A stretch of DNA of 64,000 nucleotides. It comes from Clytia hemisphaerica. Its lineage: Eukaryota. The notes under the pieces are model-generated. The model did not search any database. It worked only from the letters and a program-made list of their open reading frames with translations, and was not told the origin of the DNA. The translations under genes and the position numbers were made by a program. The stretch covers positions 1,063,681 through 1,127,680 of the forward strand of contig NW_027104472.1 of the NCBI RefSeq assembly GCF_902728285.1. Reading direction: 5' to 3'. This document shows, in pieces, positions 39,701-49,838 of the stretch; the first letter of the stretch is position 1; each line of letters starts with the position of its first letter.

Positions 39701-41293
39701 ATACAATATTTCTAACTCGTAACTGGGTATGGTTATTAAAGATTAAATTCTTCAGTCCAGTATTTCACATCCCTGTCTCAATAGACCAACTGGTGTTTAA
39801 ACCGCAAAGTGTTTGACCCCAAGGATTCTTTTGTTTTGATTGGGTTTTGGTTGTATGCAAGGGACTCTAAAACAAAGACTAAATTTGATATCAACATTTA
39901 CATGTAAAAATCTTCGAAACCATGAATACTATCATCGAGTCACCAATCATTTACTGAGGAAATTCTGTCTACCCTGGAATTCTAACAAATAAAAAACTAT
40001 TTATGGCAGGGGGGATTCGAATTTTTGTTTTTATTGAAACATTCGAAATTCAAAAGATTCGAAAGTTCGATTTTCGAACACGAGGAATTTAAAACCGGAA
40101 GTAAAATGAGTCAAAATAAAAACCAAAATTAAAAATAATTTACTTTTTAGGTTTAGGTGGAAAAGCTTTCCCGAACAGAAGACGCGATTTTAAAATTTTC
40201 TTAGAATATTTTTTACTTACCTTACATGAGTATAAGGAGACGTGTAATTAAGTGAATTAACACGAATTGAGAAATTTCATGTTAATTTCAAGGCCGTTAA
40301 ATACCATACTTATATTCATGTAATAAGGTATAAATCATTTTTGTTTGGTGAGACCCCTATAGTATAACGTTAGAAAAAAGAAATTATCGGGCTCATTCAA
40401 TACTTTCTATCTTTTTGCTTGCAACTTGCGAATTTAGTGACCTGCCGCGATCGCTTCGCAACTTTTATATATATACGGCTTGTAAATTTTTGTGTATAAA
40501 TAATGATGTAACTTGATACAATATTTCTAACTCGTAACTGGGTATGGTTATTAAAGATTAAATTCCTCAGTACAGTATTTCACATCCCTGTCTCAATAGA
40601 CCGACTGGTGTTTAAACCGGATAGTGCTTGACCCCGAGGATTCTTTTGTTTTGATTGGGTTTTGGTTGTATGCAAGGGACTCTAAAACAAAGACTAGATT
40701 TGATATCAACATTTACATGTAAAAATCTTCGAAACCATGAATACTATCATCGAGTCACCAATCATTTAATGAGGAAAGTCTGTCTACCCTGGAATTCTGA
40801 CAAATAAAAAACTATTTATGGCAGGGGGGATTCGAATGTTTGTTTTTATTGAAACATTCGAAATTCGAAAGATTCGAAAGTTCGATTTTCGAACACGAGG
40901 AATTTAAAACCGGAAGTAAAATGAGTCAAAATAAAAACCAAAATTAAAAATAATTTACTTTTTAGGTTTAGGTGGAAAAGCTTTCCCGAACAAAAGACGC
41001 GATTTTAAAATTTTCTTCGAATATTTTTTACTTACCTTACATGAGTATTAGGAGACGTGTAATTAAGTGAATTAACACGAAGTGAGAAATTTCATGTTAA
41101 TTTCAAGGAAATACTTTTATATTCATGTAATAAGATATAAATCATTTTTGTTTGGTGAGACCCCTATAACGTTAGAAAAAAGAACTTATCGGGCTCATTC
41201 AATACTTTCTATCTTTTTTGCTTGCAACTTGCGAATTTAGTGACCTGCCGCGATCGCTTCGCAACTTTTATATATATACGGCTTGTTTTTAAA
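36741..41293. repeat. Nested tandem segmental duplications: two copies of a roughly 1.43-1.50 kb unit (36741-38164 and 38165-39667) followed by two copies of a roughly 0.81 kb unit (39668-40487 and 40488-41293). A partial extra copy of the first unit lies at 33310-33680.
   Basis: Long near-identical stretches are visible (ttttgcgaagcgaatatacatgagcgaagcagttttgctatagtgtgcatgtacc... at 36741, 38165 and 33315; aaatttttgtgtataaataatgatgtaacttgatacaatatttctaactcg... at 39668 and 40488). Copy 2 of the first unit carries an extra 50-bp internal duplication (atcagaaagctgattggttcggaaaaccagcgcgcggtcgaagcgttcaa x2 at about 38486-38585). The repeated ORFs 36929/38355 and 37114/38592 are copies of each other. 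Confidence 0.8.
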
Positions 41294-42364
41294 AAGTGAT
41301 GCATTGTGGGAATGTTTAGAGTGTATTACCATTGAGTTTCAAGCCGAAGGCTAGAGGTCAATCTCCTTGGTAGGATTTGAAGCCAACAAATCCTACCAAA
41401 GTTGCGCGGCCTTGAGCGACCCGCCTGGTTTTTACACAAATGACAGATTGAAACTAAAATTTACCGCTTCATTTTGAAAAATATATCACTCGAAAACAAA
41501 GGAATTGCTAGATTCAATCCGTCATCAAAAATACGGCGCATATTTTAAGGCTTCAATTTTTCTTGCCTGAGAAAGGTTAGAGATTGACCTCTAGCCTTCG
41601 GCTTGAAACTCAATGTGTATTACAATAGAATTCCCTCGAGGAATTCCTAAGAGATTTCTATTGTAATACACTCGAAACAATCCCACAATGCATCGCTTTT
41701 TTAGAAAAATCAAAAACTCCGATAAGATCTATTCATCCTCTATCTCCATAAATTGTTTAACGGTACAAATGAAGACGTAGACTGGCACGCCAGTCGGGCT
41801 GGAACGGTATCACGCGGGAAAAGTGAGCGTAGGAGTTAGGTAAGCGTAGGAAGAAATTTTGTCGGCGGCGAGGGCTGAAAGCCCGACTGGAGCGAAACCC
41901 CAGGAAGGAAAAACGGCTAAGCTGAAGCCCCAATCTTACAACGCCAGATTTCGGCGTTGTAGAAATGAATGAACTTTGAGAAATTCGTGAAATGAGAAAT
42001 GAAAACTTCCATCAAAGTCGCAGATCGTGTTGTTTTGATTTTTGAGGAGTGAGTGATTGGAAGAAAAATGGCTGACTTCTAGTGGAAATTTTTATTTAAG
42101 AATAGATGTTTTGTTTCTTGTTTCTTATTTGTATATCAGCAGCCTCTCACCAACTTTTGCTCGCTCTCCTACGCAGCTCCTATTCTAGCAAACGCCCGCC
42201 GACTTTATGTTCCCGCCCTCTGACATGATTAATTTACAGACTAGTTTGCTAGTCTAATGAAGACGCTGAAATATCTTGGCAACCTTCACTACTTTGATAC
42301 CGAGATTTGAAGATTTCATTTATTTCGAGAATAACCTTTAAAGAGACTATAGGCCGGTCTCCAT

Positions 42365-43040
42365 CAGTCGGGAACACTATATGGAAAGGGCAACTATTGC
42401 CTTAACGGGAAATATTTCCCGAACGGGAAGGTGGAAAACTTCCCGAAATGGCTAGACCTTCACTAAAGTCTATTCACGATAAGTGTGCACTATTTTTTCT
42501 TTTACCTATAACTTTCGAAGGAATTCTTCAATCTTCACAGTGATGACCTCCTAAGATCAAAGAATCTCTCCAGTGAAAATAAAAGTTATAGCACTTTTCT
42601 ACAAGATCTTCATTTTTTTGTTCTTCATCAGATTTTTTTATTTCAAATTGTTCCACTCACTAATATCTTTCCAATGATACCAAATTTAAAAAGATTGAAG
42701 AATTCCTTCAAAAGTTATAGGTAAAAGAAAAAAGAGTGCATACTCATCGTGAATAGACTTTAGTTTCCCGATTGGGAAAGTGGCCTCTGAGCACTCTGGA
42801 AATGCCTCCTGTGGAAACTTTTTTTCTCGATCGGGAAACAAAAAATTTGCTTTGTCTACAAAAATTCTATTTCCTGCTTGGGAACGATGAAAAGTTCTTG
42901 ACCAAAACGGGAAACAGAAAAGTGATGAAATTTTCAATCTGGAAACAGTTTCCTTTTCGGGTTATTTTCACTTTTCCGTTCGGGAAATACTTCCCGTTAA
43001 GGCAACAGTTGCCTTTTTCATGTAGTGGACCGACTGTCCA
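42365..43040. mobile_element. Foldback/MITE element with about 45-bp TIRs (cagtcgg...ccgactg), an internal 75-bp inverted duplication and GGGAAA/TTTCCC-rich subrepeats. A partial copy lies at 56990-57200.
   Basis: The left end cagtcgggaacactatatggaaagggcaactattgccttaacgggaa matches the reverse complement of the right end ttcccgttaaggcaacagttgcctttttcatgtagtggaccgactg. The internal arm 42462-42535 is the reverse complement of 42690-42765. Confidence 0.65.
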
Positions 43041-43418
43041 CTTTCATGCGAGATATGGGCGACAGTTTTTTTCGACCAATGACCTTACAAAAATGTCAAA
43101 AAAAGTTTTCGCTCATGTCGCGCGAAAGTGGAGACCAGCCTTATTAAACGTCAAATTGCTTTTTCTTGAAAAACGACGATTGATTTGGTAAATATTCATA
43201 TTATTGTGAATGTCCCTGAACTTTCATTCTTTTATCATCCTCCTCTCGTTGTTATATAAATTGAAAGTTTTCGTTTCAAAAACATATTCTCTTCATTTGT
43301 AATATCAACTCTTAAATCTTAAAACGTAAAACTGTAAATTGTGAACTTAGAAACTGGTTGCGAGATTGATTCAAATTCTTGTTTAATTAATTGCAAAATC
43401 GACTATCACTGCTGAAAA

Positions 43419-44366
43419 TTGTTCAAAGTGGATGAATACAACGCAACAAGCACAGATTACAGCAACATTTTGTATTTCAAAATACTACCTTTATTTTGGA
43501 CATTACCAATACTAGTGTTGATGTTAATACCGAATATTCTGATGCTTACTGCACTCGTCAAAACAAAGAAGGAGTGTAAAATCTCTGGCAATCTATTTAT
43601 CGGGTTGTGCGTTTCCGATATACTGTGTCTGTTGTTTTACTACGGCACCGTTCTAGCTCCTTTGATTTTTCCTCCCAACTTTGTTGCTGACGCTCTACTT
43701 ATCATGTTTTGTATTGGAAATTTAGCACAGACTTTTGGAACACAAATATTTTTACTGATAACATTTTTAAGATGCTGGTCCCTGGCAAAACCTTTGATTC
43801 CAATCAGAAAGAGATACATTTATGGATATTAAAGTGTAGTCCTTGTTTTTGCTATTCTATTTCTAGTCATCTATATCACATTCTATTATATGGGACGCTA
43901 TTACGATTCGAAAGCAAAATTCGAGGTTTTAGGTGGTATCTCGTATGGTATTTTCATATTTTTAATGCTGGTTGCAAACTCGGTATCTTATATTGTCCTC
44001 AAAGGCTTAAGACTCTGCCATCGAAACAAACCATTGAAAGCATCACTGGATCCTGAGAAGGCTCATAAGCATAAGTGTATGGAAACTAATCTTGACAGCT
44101 CTGGAAACTCTCAAACGAAAAATGGTGATTTTGATAAGCGCTTAACGAATCTTGAAGACGCGAAATCACGCCGAAACAAGGTTAAAAGTGTAAACACAAT
44201 TTTCATGATAACATTGCTTTATGTAACCTGCATATTTCCAAGAAGTATATTGATGATTATCATTTACCCGATAGATAGTACTTGGAGCATTGTTTTGGGG
44301 AACATATTTTTAGCTAATACGTCGCTCAATTCGATTGTGTACATTTTAAGGACCAGAAAAATTTAA
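43419..44366 (+). pseudogene. Intronless class-A (rhodopsin-like) GPCR paralogue interrupted by a single in-frame TAA at 43830-43832 between TM3 and TM4. It is otherwise a full-length 7TM.
   Basis: The ORFs 43419-43832 and 43890-44366 are in the same reading frame and are separated only by the TAA. Read through, they give ...IRKRYIYGY*SVVLVFAILFLVIYITFYYMGRYY... The protein is collinear TM1-TM7 with the intact paralogue at 48518-49393 (e.g. LVKTKKECKISGNLFIGLCVSDILCLLFYY vs LVKTNNKTSGKLFIALCICDVSYLSLYFIL, and NTSLNSIVYILRTRKI vs NSSLNSVIYIIRTKNI). Confidence 0.7.
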
Positions 44367-45056
44367 GAAAGTTTTATTGTGGTTTGGTAAGAAAATTATG
44401 CGTTCCATCATGATAAAAAGCGTTAACTATATTTGGGCAATTACCGAAGAAGCCCAAGAATAAAGTGCCTTAAGGGAACTAAATTTTGCAGTTTTTGCAG
44501 ATTTAGGCCCAAACCGTAAAATTAACTTTCCGCAAAATTTTTCGAATGCGAAAAACTAAGGTCGAATAATATACAGTACGACTCTAATTTTCTTTTAAGT
44601 GAGAAATCAGCAAAATTAAGTTCCCGCAAATATTAAATATTAAATCTTGAACTGCGAACCGCAAAAATTAGTTCCCGCAAAAAATAGTTCCCTTAAGGTA
44701 AAAGAATTGATTTTAGTAAACATATTGCCTTGGGCTTTTGTGAGGAAGGGAATATATCAAGCTTTACTGTAATTCCGATGTAATTGAAACTTTCGAAGAT
44801 TTCACGTTCAAGTGAAAAGGCCGATGGGTAATTAAGAAGAGGTATATTAAACATCTTACCAGTAATTGCTTGTATAAATGTTGAAATAAACTATTAAGAT
44901 GTATGTAACCTTAATTAAAAGTAAAATTAATCACAAATATTATTGACTTTTTTCAAATCAAAATTTACGAATTCATACTACCTGAGCAGCTGGAATGCCC
45001 TCTCCCCAGTGGCTTGCGTGAATGCGTGAAAAATTTTCCTGATCCCAAACATTCTA

Positions 45057-45560
45057 ATGATTGTTGCTATGGTGAGGACTAACAAACATAAAAAAATGTC
45101 GGGCAAGCTTTTTATAACTTTATGCGTTTATGACATAGCTTCTTCTTTATCGTTTTATATTATTCCCAAATTTATTCCAGCAAGACCAATGAGCATAATG
45201 CTGTTTTATCCCCATAGGGTTGAAGGGGTTCGAAATACCCTCAAAATTTTTGCTGAATCCTAGAATCCCGAAAATTGAAAAATAATAACACAGTCACACC
45301 GGTTTGTAGAGGATAAAATACCGGCATAATGACAAAAAATAAGGCTAAATACCGTCACCGTCTGATTTTAAAATACCGTTTTCCCGTCTTTTTTTTCGTC
45401 AAATCCCGTTATACCGTACTAAAATAGGGCCAATCCCGTCACACCGTAAAAGTACAACCCCCTTTTTTATCTGAAGTTTTCTATTGGAGCTTTGGGAAGT
45501 TCATTCCAATTTTTCGCAGGAAATATATTCTTACTGATAACTGGTTTCAGTAGCGTAGAC
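45057..45560 (+). pseudogene. GPCR remnant (TM1-TM3 only) of the same family, truncated and degenerate.
   Basis: The ORF 45057 gives IVAMVRTNKHKKMSGKLFITLCVYDIASSLSFYII (compare IIALVKTNNKTSGKLFIALCICDVSYLSLYFIL). The ORF 45492 gives FQFFAGNIFLLITGFSS (compare NFFQFLGVDLFLLITIL). No TM4-7 follows. The position where TM4-7 would lie is occupied by a minus-strand retroelement ORF. Confidence 0.55.
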
Positions 45561-45743
45561 AGGGCTGAAGAGTATCAGCTACCCCCCGAAAAAAACTCCC
45601 GTCTTCACGTTTGTTCCTCACTTAGATGTATGTATGTATGTAATAGTTTATTTCAAGTTGACGAACAGGTAGCAACAAAGGCTAATAAAAGTCAACGCTA
45701 CTTTACAATTTGTAAGGTGATTACAGTTGAGGCACAAGGGCCT

Positions 45744-46818
45744 CTAAACCGTTCTTTTACAAAAAATCTTTTTAAAATATAATTTTTCACGAGGGCTTCC
45801 TCGTACCCTCCATTTAAAATCGTCATTCGATCTGGCTTTATTCATCTCGTCTGCTCTCTTTTTCCACTCTTTGATTTGTTCCCTCTCCATTTTTGTCAAG
45901 TCGTCGGTGATACTTAATTTCACGTACTTCTCGTGTTGTTTCAATTCAGTCAACTTCTTCATGAACCTGTATTTGTTATGACTGTCTTTGAATACAACTT
46001 TGATTGGGCGCATAACCTTAGATTCTTTTCCAACACGAGAGACGTAGGTTGGTTGAGTCTTTAAATTAACGTCATTCAGAAGCTCAGTAACGAAATCGAT
46101 ATCTTCTTTATTTTCATTTTCATTTACCCCATGGATAATGATATTTGCGTCTGTCGATAGTTTCCTTTGGTCCTCAATTTGTTCGTCGATTTTTTCCTCT
46201 CGTAGTAGCTGTTTCATGCTATTTACGCTTAATTGATCATTGTTTTTAGTCGCTTCAGCAAAACTTTTCTTACGTGGTTGCGGTTTGATTTTTTGCAGTC
46301 TTGTTATTCAAAGTCTCTTCTATCTTGGATGTTAGTTTTGTTTCTAGCGTGGAAAACTGGCTCTGTATTAGATTGGTAACTTGATTTTTATCCTTGATGT
46401 ATTCTTGATATCTTGCCTGTAAATCTTTGATCATTGTGTTTAGACTTTTTTCACTCTCACTTTTGACTTTTATTATACTTTCGCACGATTCGATTTCTTT
46501 ATAACTGTGCGTGCAGCTTTTAATTCTTTCCACTTGATTATGAACTTTTCTACCGAGTTCTTTTGCCGGAGAGCAACAAGTTATACACACGTATTTTCGG
46601 TAACCTTTATTTAAAAACATATTTAACTGGTATGGTGGTAGTCCAGTGCAGGCATAATGTAGCGTTCGTTGGCATTTATGACATTGAATTCTCATTTTTT
46701 CATCGTCTTTTATACAATTATGCTCGGTACATCGATTGTTGTCACTCGCATCTTCATCAGGGATCAGGATCTTGCCAGGTGATGTCGTTTTTGGTTGAAA
46801 TTTGGCTATTTTTTCCAT
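45744..46818 (-). mobile_element. Non-LTR retrotransposon ORF1p-like coding region (Cys/His zinc-finger, coiled coil, L1 'Transposase_22'-type RRM/CTD), split by a frameshift at about 46217-46270. No ORF2/RT follows.
   Basis: The minus ORF 46818-46270 gives CTEHNCIKDDEKMRIQCHKCQRTLHYACTGLPPYQLNMFLNKGYRKYVCITCC (zinc-finger) followed by a heptad-like coiled coil. The minus ORF 46217-45744 gives ANIIIHGVNENENKEDIDFVTELLNDVNLK...RVGKESKVMRPIKVVFKDSHNKYRFMKKL...KLSITDDLTKMEREQIKEWKK. This parallels the L1 ORF1p sequence NLRLIGVPE...RPRHIIVRFTKVEMKEKMLRAA...IRLTADLSAETLQARREW. The two ORFs are in different frames. Confidence 0.5.
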
Positions 46819-46902
46819 ATTTTTAAAATTTTATTGAAAATTCTTCATTTTGAAAAATAAACGAAGAGCACAACCTTTCTGATGAAACTCGTCTTAGACT
46901 AC

Positions 46903-47917
46903 TTTAATGGGATAAACTTTCGTGGGGATTAAATATCGCGGATTTCGCGGATTTGGGTGTCATCCGCGAAAATCCGTTAAATTAAGTTCCAATGGAAATT
47001 TGGAAGGGCCTTATCCGCGAAATATTTCTAAACAAAACTCAAAATACGTCAAATAAATACTATTTAAGGGCTCTGACCATAGTGAATTTTTCATAATTGC
47101 CGTGTTTAAAATGTGTTTTCTGACTGATGTAACCAACAAAACTATGGCATGTTATACATTTTCTGTTAGACAAACTATTCCTGAACCTGAAAATTCAAAA
47201 ATTGCATTGAAAAAATTTGATGAAGAAGAAAATGAAGACTTTTGCGAGGAAGAGTATTTCAACTTTGAAGAGCTTAGTTTCGGCGAAGAAAAAACATTTT
47301 GAAATGATTTTCGCAGTAGATGGTGTATCTTTTACCGAACAATAAAAATTTTTGCGGAAAATTTTTGTAAATGCTTCTTTGTCTCGAAATCTTCAAAATA
47401 GTGGTTTTTCATCAATTTTTCATCTGGATTTTGCTTAAAAAAACAGTCATAACTTTTGACACATCTTTTTAGAAAAATTTTCCGCAAAATTTTAAATAGT
47501 TCAATTCTTTGTGGACAGTGTAAAGAAATTTTGAAACAAAAAAGTTAATTACCCATTAAAACTAAGCACTTTTTGTAAAAGAGGGTGATGCAACATATTA
47601 TTAACATCTTTTTAAAGTTCATAACGTCATTTTTGCAATTAAATTCTTAATTACTCTTAAGGCATTCGATTAAAAAGCAATTTATAAAGGCAATTCTTTG
47701 TTAAAAGTGTTAAGGAACATGAAATAAAACTTTTATGTTCAAATACCAAAATCAATTTTTCGACTATGGTCAGAGCCCTTAAATGGTTACTTTGCATCAA
47801 AGAGGCGCAAATAATGTGTACTTCAACAACTAACTGCATGGTTTGACAGTAAGAGTCACAAAATAGTGCCAACCGCGAAATTTAATCCCCGCGAAATAGT
47901 TTATCCCATTAAAGTAT
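46903..47917. mobile_element. Roughly 1 kb non-autonomous DNA-transposon-like element with about 40-bp TIRs, lying between the retroelement ORF1 and the intact GPCR.
   Basis: The left end ctttaatgggataaactttcgtggggattaaatatcgcgg matches the reverse complement of the right end ccgcgaaatttaatccccgcgaaatagtttatcccattaaag. A second internal inverted pair is aagggctctgaccatagtg / cgactatggtcagagcccttaa. Only a 66-aa ORF lies inside. Confidence 0.6.
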
Positions 47918-48517
47918 AACATAGTCTACTGTTCGTGGTATGAAAATATAATTACTGTGTCGTTGTGCCGAGAGATTTTCTCAATGTTTTAGCGCGTAGT
48001 ATTACTTATAGCAAGGAACTTGCTTATAGCCTGAATATATCCCCAGCCCTGAATGGGGGCGTGTTATGTTTATGCTTAGGAAAGTTGTAAATCTCTGAAC
48101 ATTTTAGTGTGTAGTATTTTGAACATACTGCTAATATTCCAGTATATATTTCAATCATATGCTAATTATGATGATTTAAAATGCAAATATACATTTTTGT
48201 TTAGATTGTAGACTGATTAACAATATATATGAGAACCACCTGCGAAGCACGAAGAAAGTCATAATAAAACTCTAATGTTACCTGTTCAAGAAGAGAATAA
48301 CAATAGCTAATATAGGAGATATGAGGAAAGATTTCGCGATTTTCGCATATTCTTGCCCTTTTTAATGAATGTTAAAGTATCGAGTTTTTTCTTATGTATT
48401 TTCAGTTTGAAGCAATTCAAAGCCATCTGGAAGCCGTCAAAGACTTTGCTGGTAAAAAAATTGGTGAAATTGCTAAGTAAAAGAAACAGAGCAATATCAA
48501 AATCAGGACAAGCAGGA

Positions 48518-49393
48518 ATGGAGAATCAAAATACCACTGACATCTTTTTTAACCAATTAGAAGACCGAATGATCCCGCTATACGCTCATATATTGGTATT
48601 GATACTCTCAATCATTACAAATGCTATCATGATTATCGCATTGGTCAAAACGAACAACAAAACATCTGGGAAACTGTTCATAGCATTATGCATATGCGAT
48701 GTTTCATACTTATCTTTGTATTTCATTTTGAGCTCAGAGAGTTTTCACAAAGACAATTGGCTAACGATTGCGATTTTCAATTTGGGGAATTTTTTCCAGT
48801 TCTTAGGCGTCGATTTATTTTTACTAATAACAATTTTAAGATATCTTTCCTTAATCAAACCTTTTAGACCTTTAGGGTCGAAATTCGTCCGGGTATTTAT
48901 CGCCGTATCGTGTTTACTTAGTTGTGTGTACCCAGCTCTTTTTGACGTCATGTTAGCCCTTGAGGCTATGGAGCTGATGAATGTCATCGAGGTAATATCC
49001 GGGGCGCTCCTATTTCTAACTTTGGTGGTAATAGTCACTTTGAATATGTTATCGTATTTCCATCTTAGAAGACTTGGAAAGTGTCAAAATCCATCCATCA
49101 CTGCTAATGGAAAAAACATTAACATCCAAGAAGAAAAGTCAAGGAGTCAAAAGTTGAAGAGCATCAAGACTTTATTACTAATCACCTTTTTCTACGTGGT
49201 TTGTTATTTTCCGAACACTTTTGGAATGGTTTTTAAGATACCTTCAGCTGAGGGCATATTTGGTGCATTGTTCGGAGTGGCCCTCATGATAAACAGTTCT
49301 TTGAATTCAGTGATTTATATCATTAGAACTAAAAACATTCGAACATTCTATCGCACTTGGTTTTTGAAATGCATACTACATTATAAGCGATAA
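48518..49393 (+). CDS. Intact intronless class-A GPCR (7TM), 291 aa from the MENQNTTD Met. The ORF is open upstream to 48353.
   Basis: Seven hydrophobic helices are present: ILVLILSIITNAIMIIALV; LFIALCICDVSYLSLYFIL; FNLGNFFQFLGVDLFLLITILRY (DRY-position LRY); FVRVFIAVSCLLSCVY; ISGALLFLTLVVIVTLNMLSYF; IKTLLLITFFYVVCYFP; GVALMINSSLNSVIYIIR (NPxxY-position NSVIY). There is an N-terminal N-glycosylation sequon NTT and a basic IL3. Stop TAA at 49391-49393. Confidence 0.75.
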   Translation: MENQNTTDIFFNQLEDRMIPLYAHILVLILSIITNAIMIIALVKTNNKTSGKLFIALCICDVSYLSLYFILSSESFHKDNWLTIAIFNLGNFFQFLGVDLFLLITILRYLSLIKPFRPLGSKFVRVFIAVSCLLSCVYPALFDVMLALEAMELMNVIEVISGALLFLTLVVIVTLNMLSYFHLRRLGKCQNPSITANGKNINIQEEKSRSQKLKSIKTLLLITFFYVVCYFPNTFGMVFKIPSAEGIFGALFGVALMINSSLNSVIYIIRTKNIRTFYRTWFLKCILHYKR

Positions 49394-49838
49394 TCTACTT
49401 AAACAAAAATTATTTACACTAATTTATAACATGAAATAAATCATATGAAATAAACTTGACATTAATCCTAACACCATTTTCAAAGGTAAATCAATCACAG
49501 GGTATTCAGGAAAAAGGTTGTAAAATCGATTAGAAATTTTCCAAATTTTACAAGTAGAATTGCAGTCCCATTTCAAAAAGAGCCATTTTATTCGCAAATT
49601 TTGGAAAGAGAATTAACAGGAAATGAGTTTCGTACACGCTTTTTATTTATAAGAATGGTGTAAATTCATTTCATCATGGATATTCTTAACTTTTTTGGGA
49701 AAATCATCCTAAAATGTTCTTACAGCATTCTTAGCATTATTCTTAATTTTTTGGCCATTTTCATCATGGATATTCTTATAAAGTGTATTCTTATAAAAAA
49801 GCGTGTATTGCAGATTACCCGCTTTGTAAATCAATTAC

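Noticed and set aside
42686-43191. ORFs of 83 and 139 aa (42686-42937 minus, 42772-43191 plus).
   Set aside because: They lie entirely within the foldback element 42365-43040 and its GGGAAA/TTTCCC subrepeats. Mirrored sequence yields mirrored ORFs. They are not coding.
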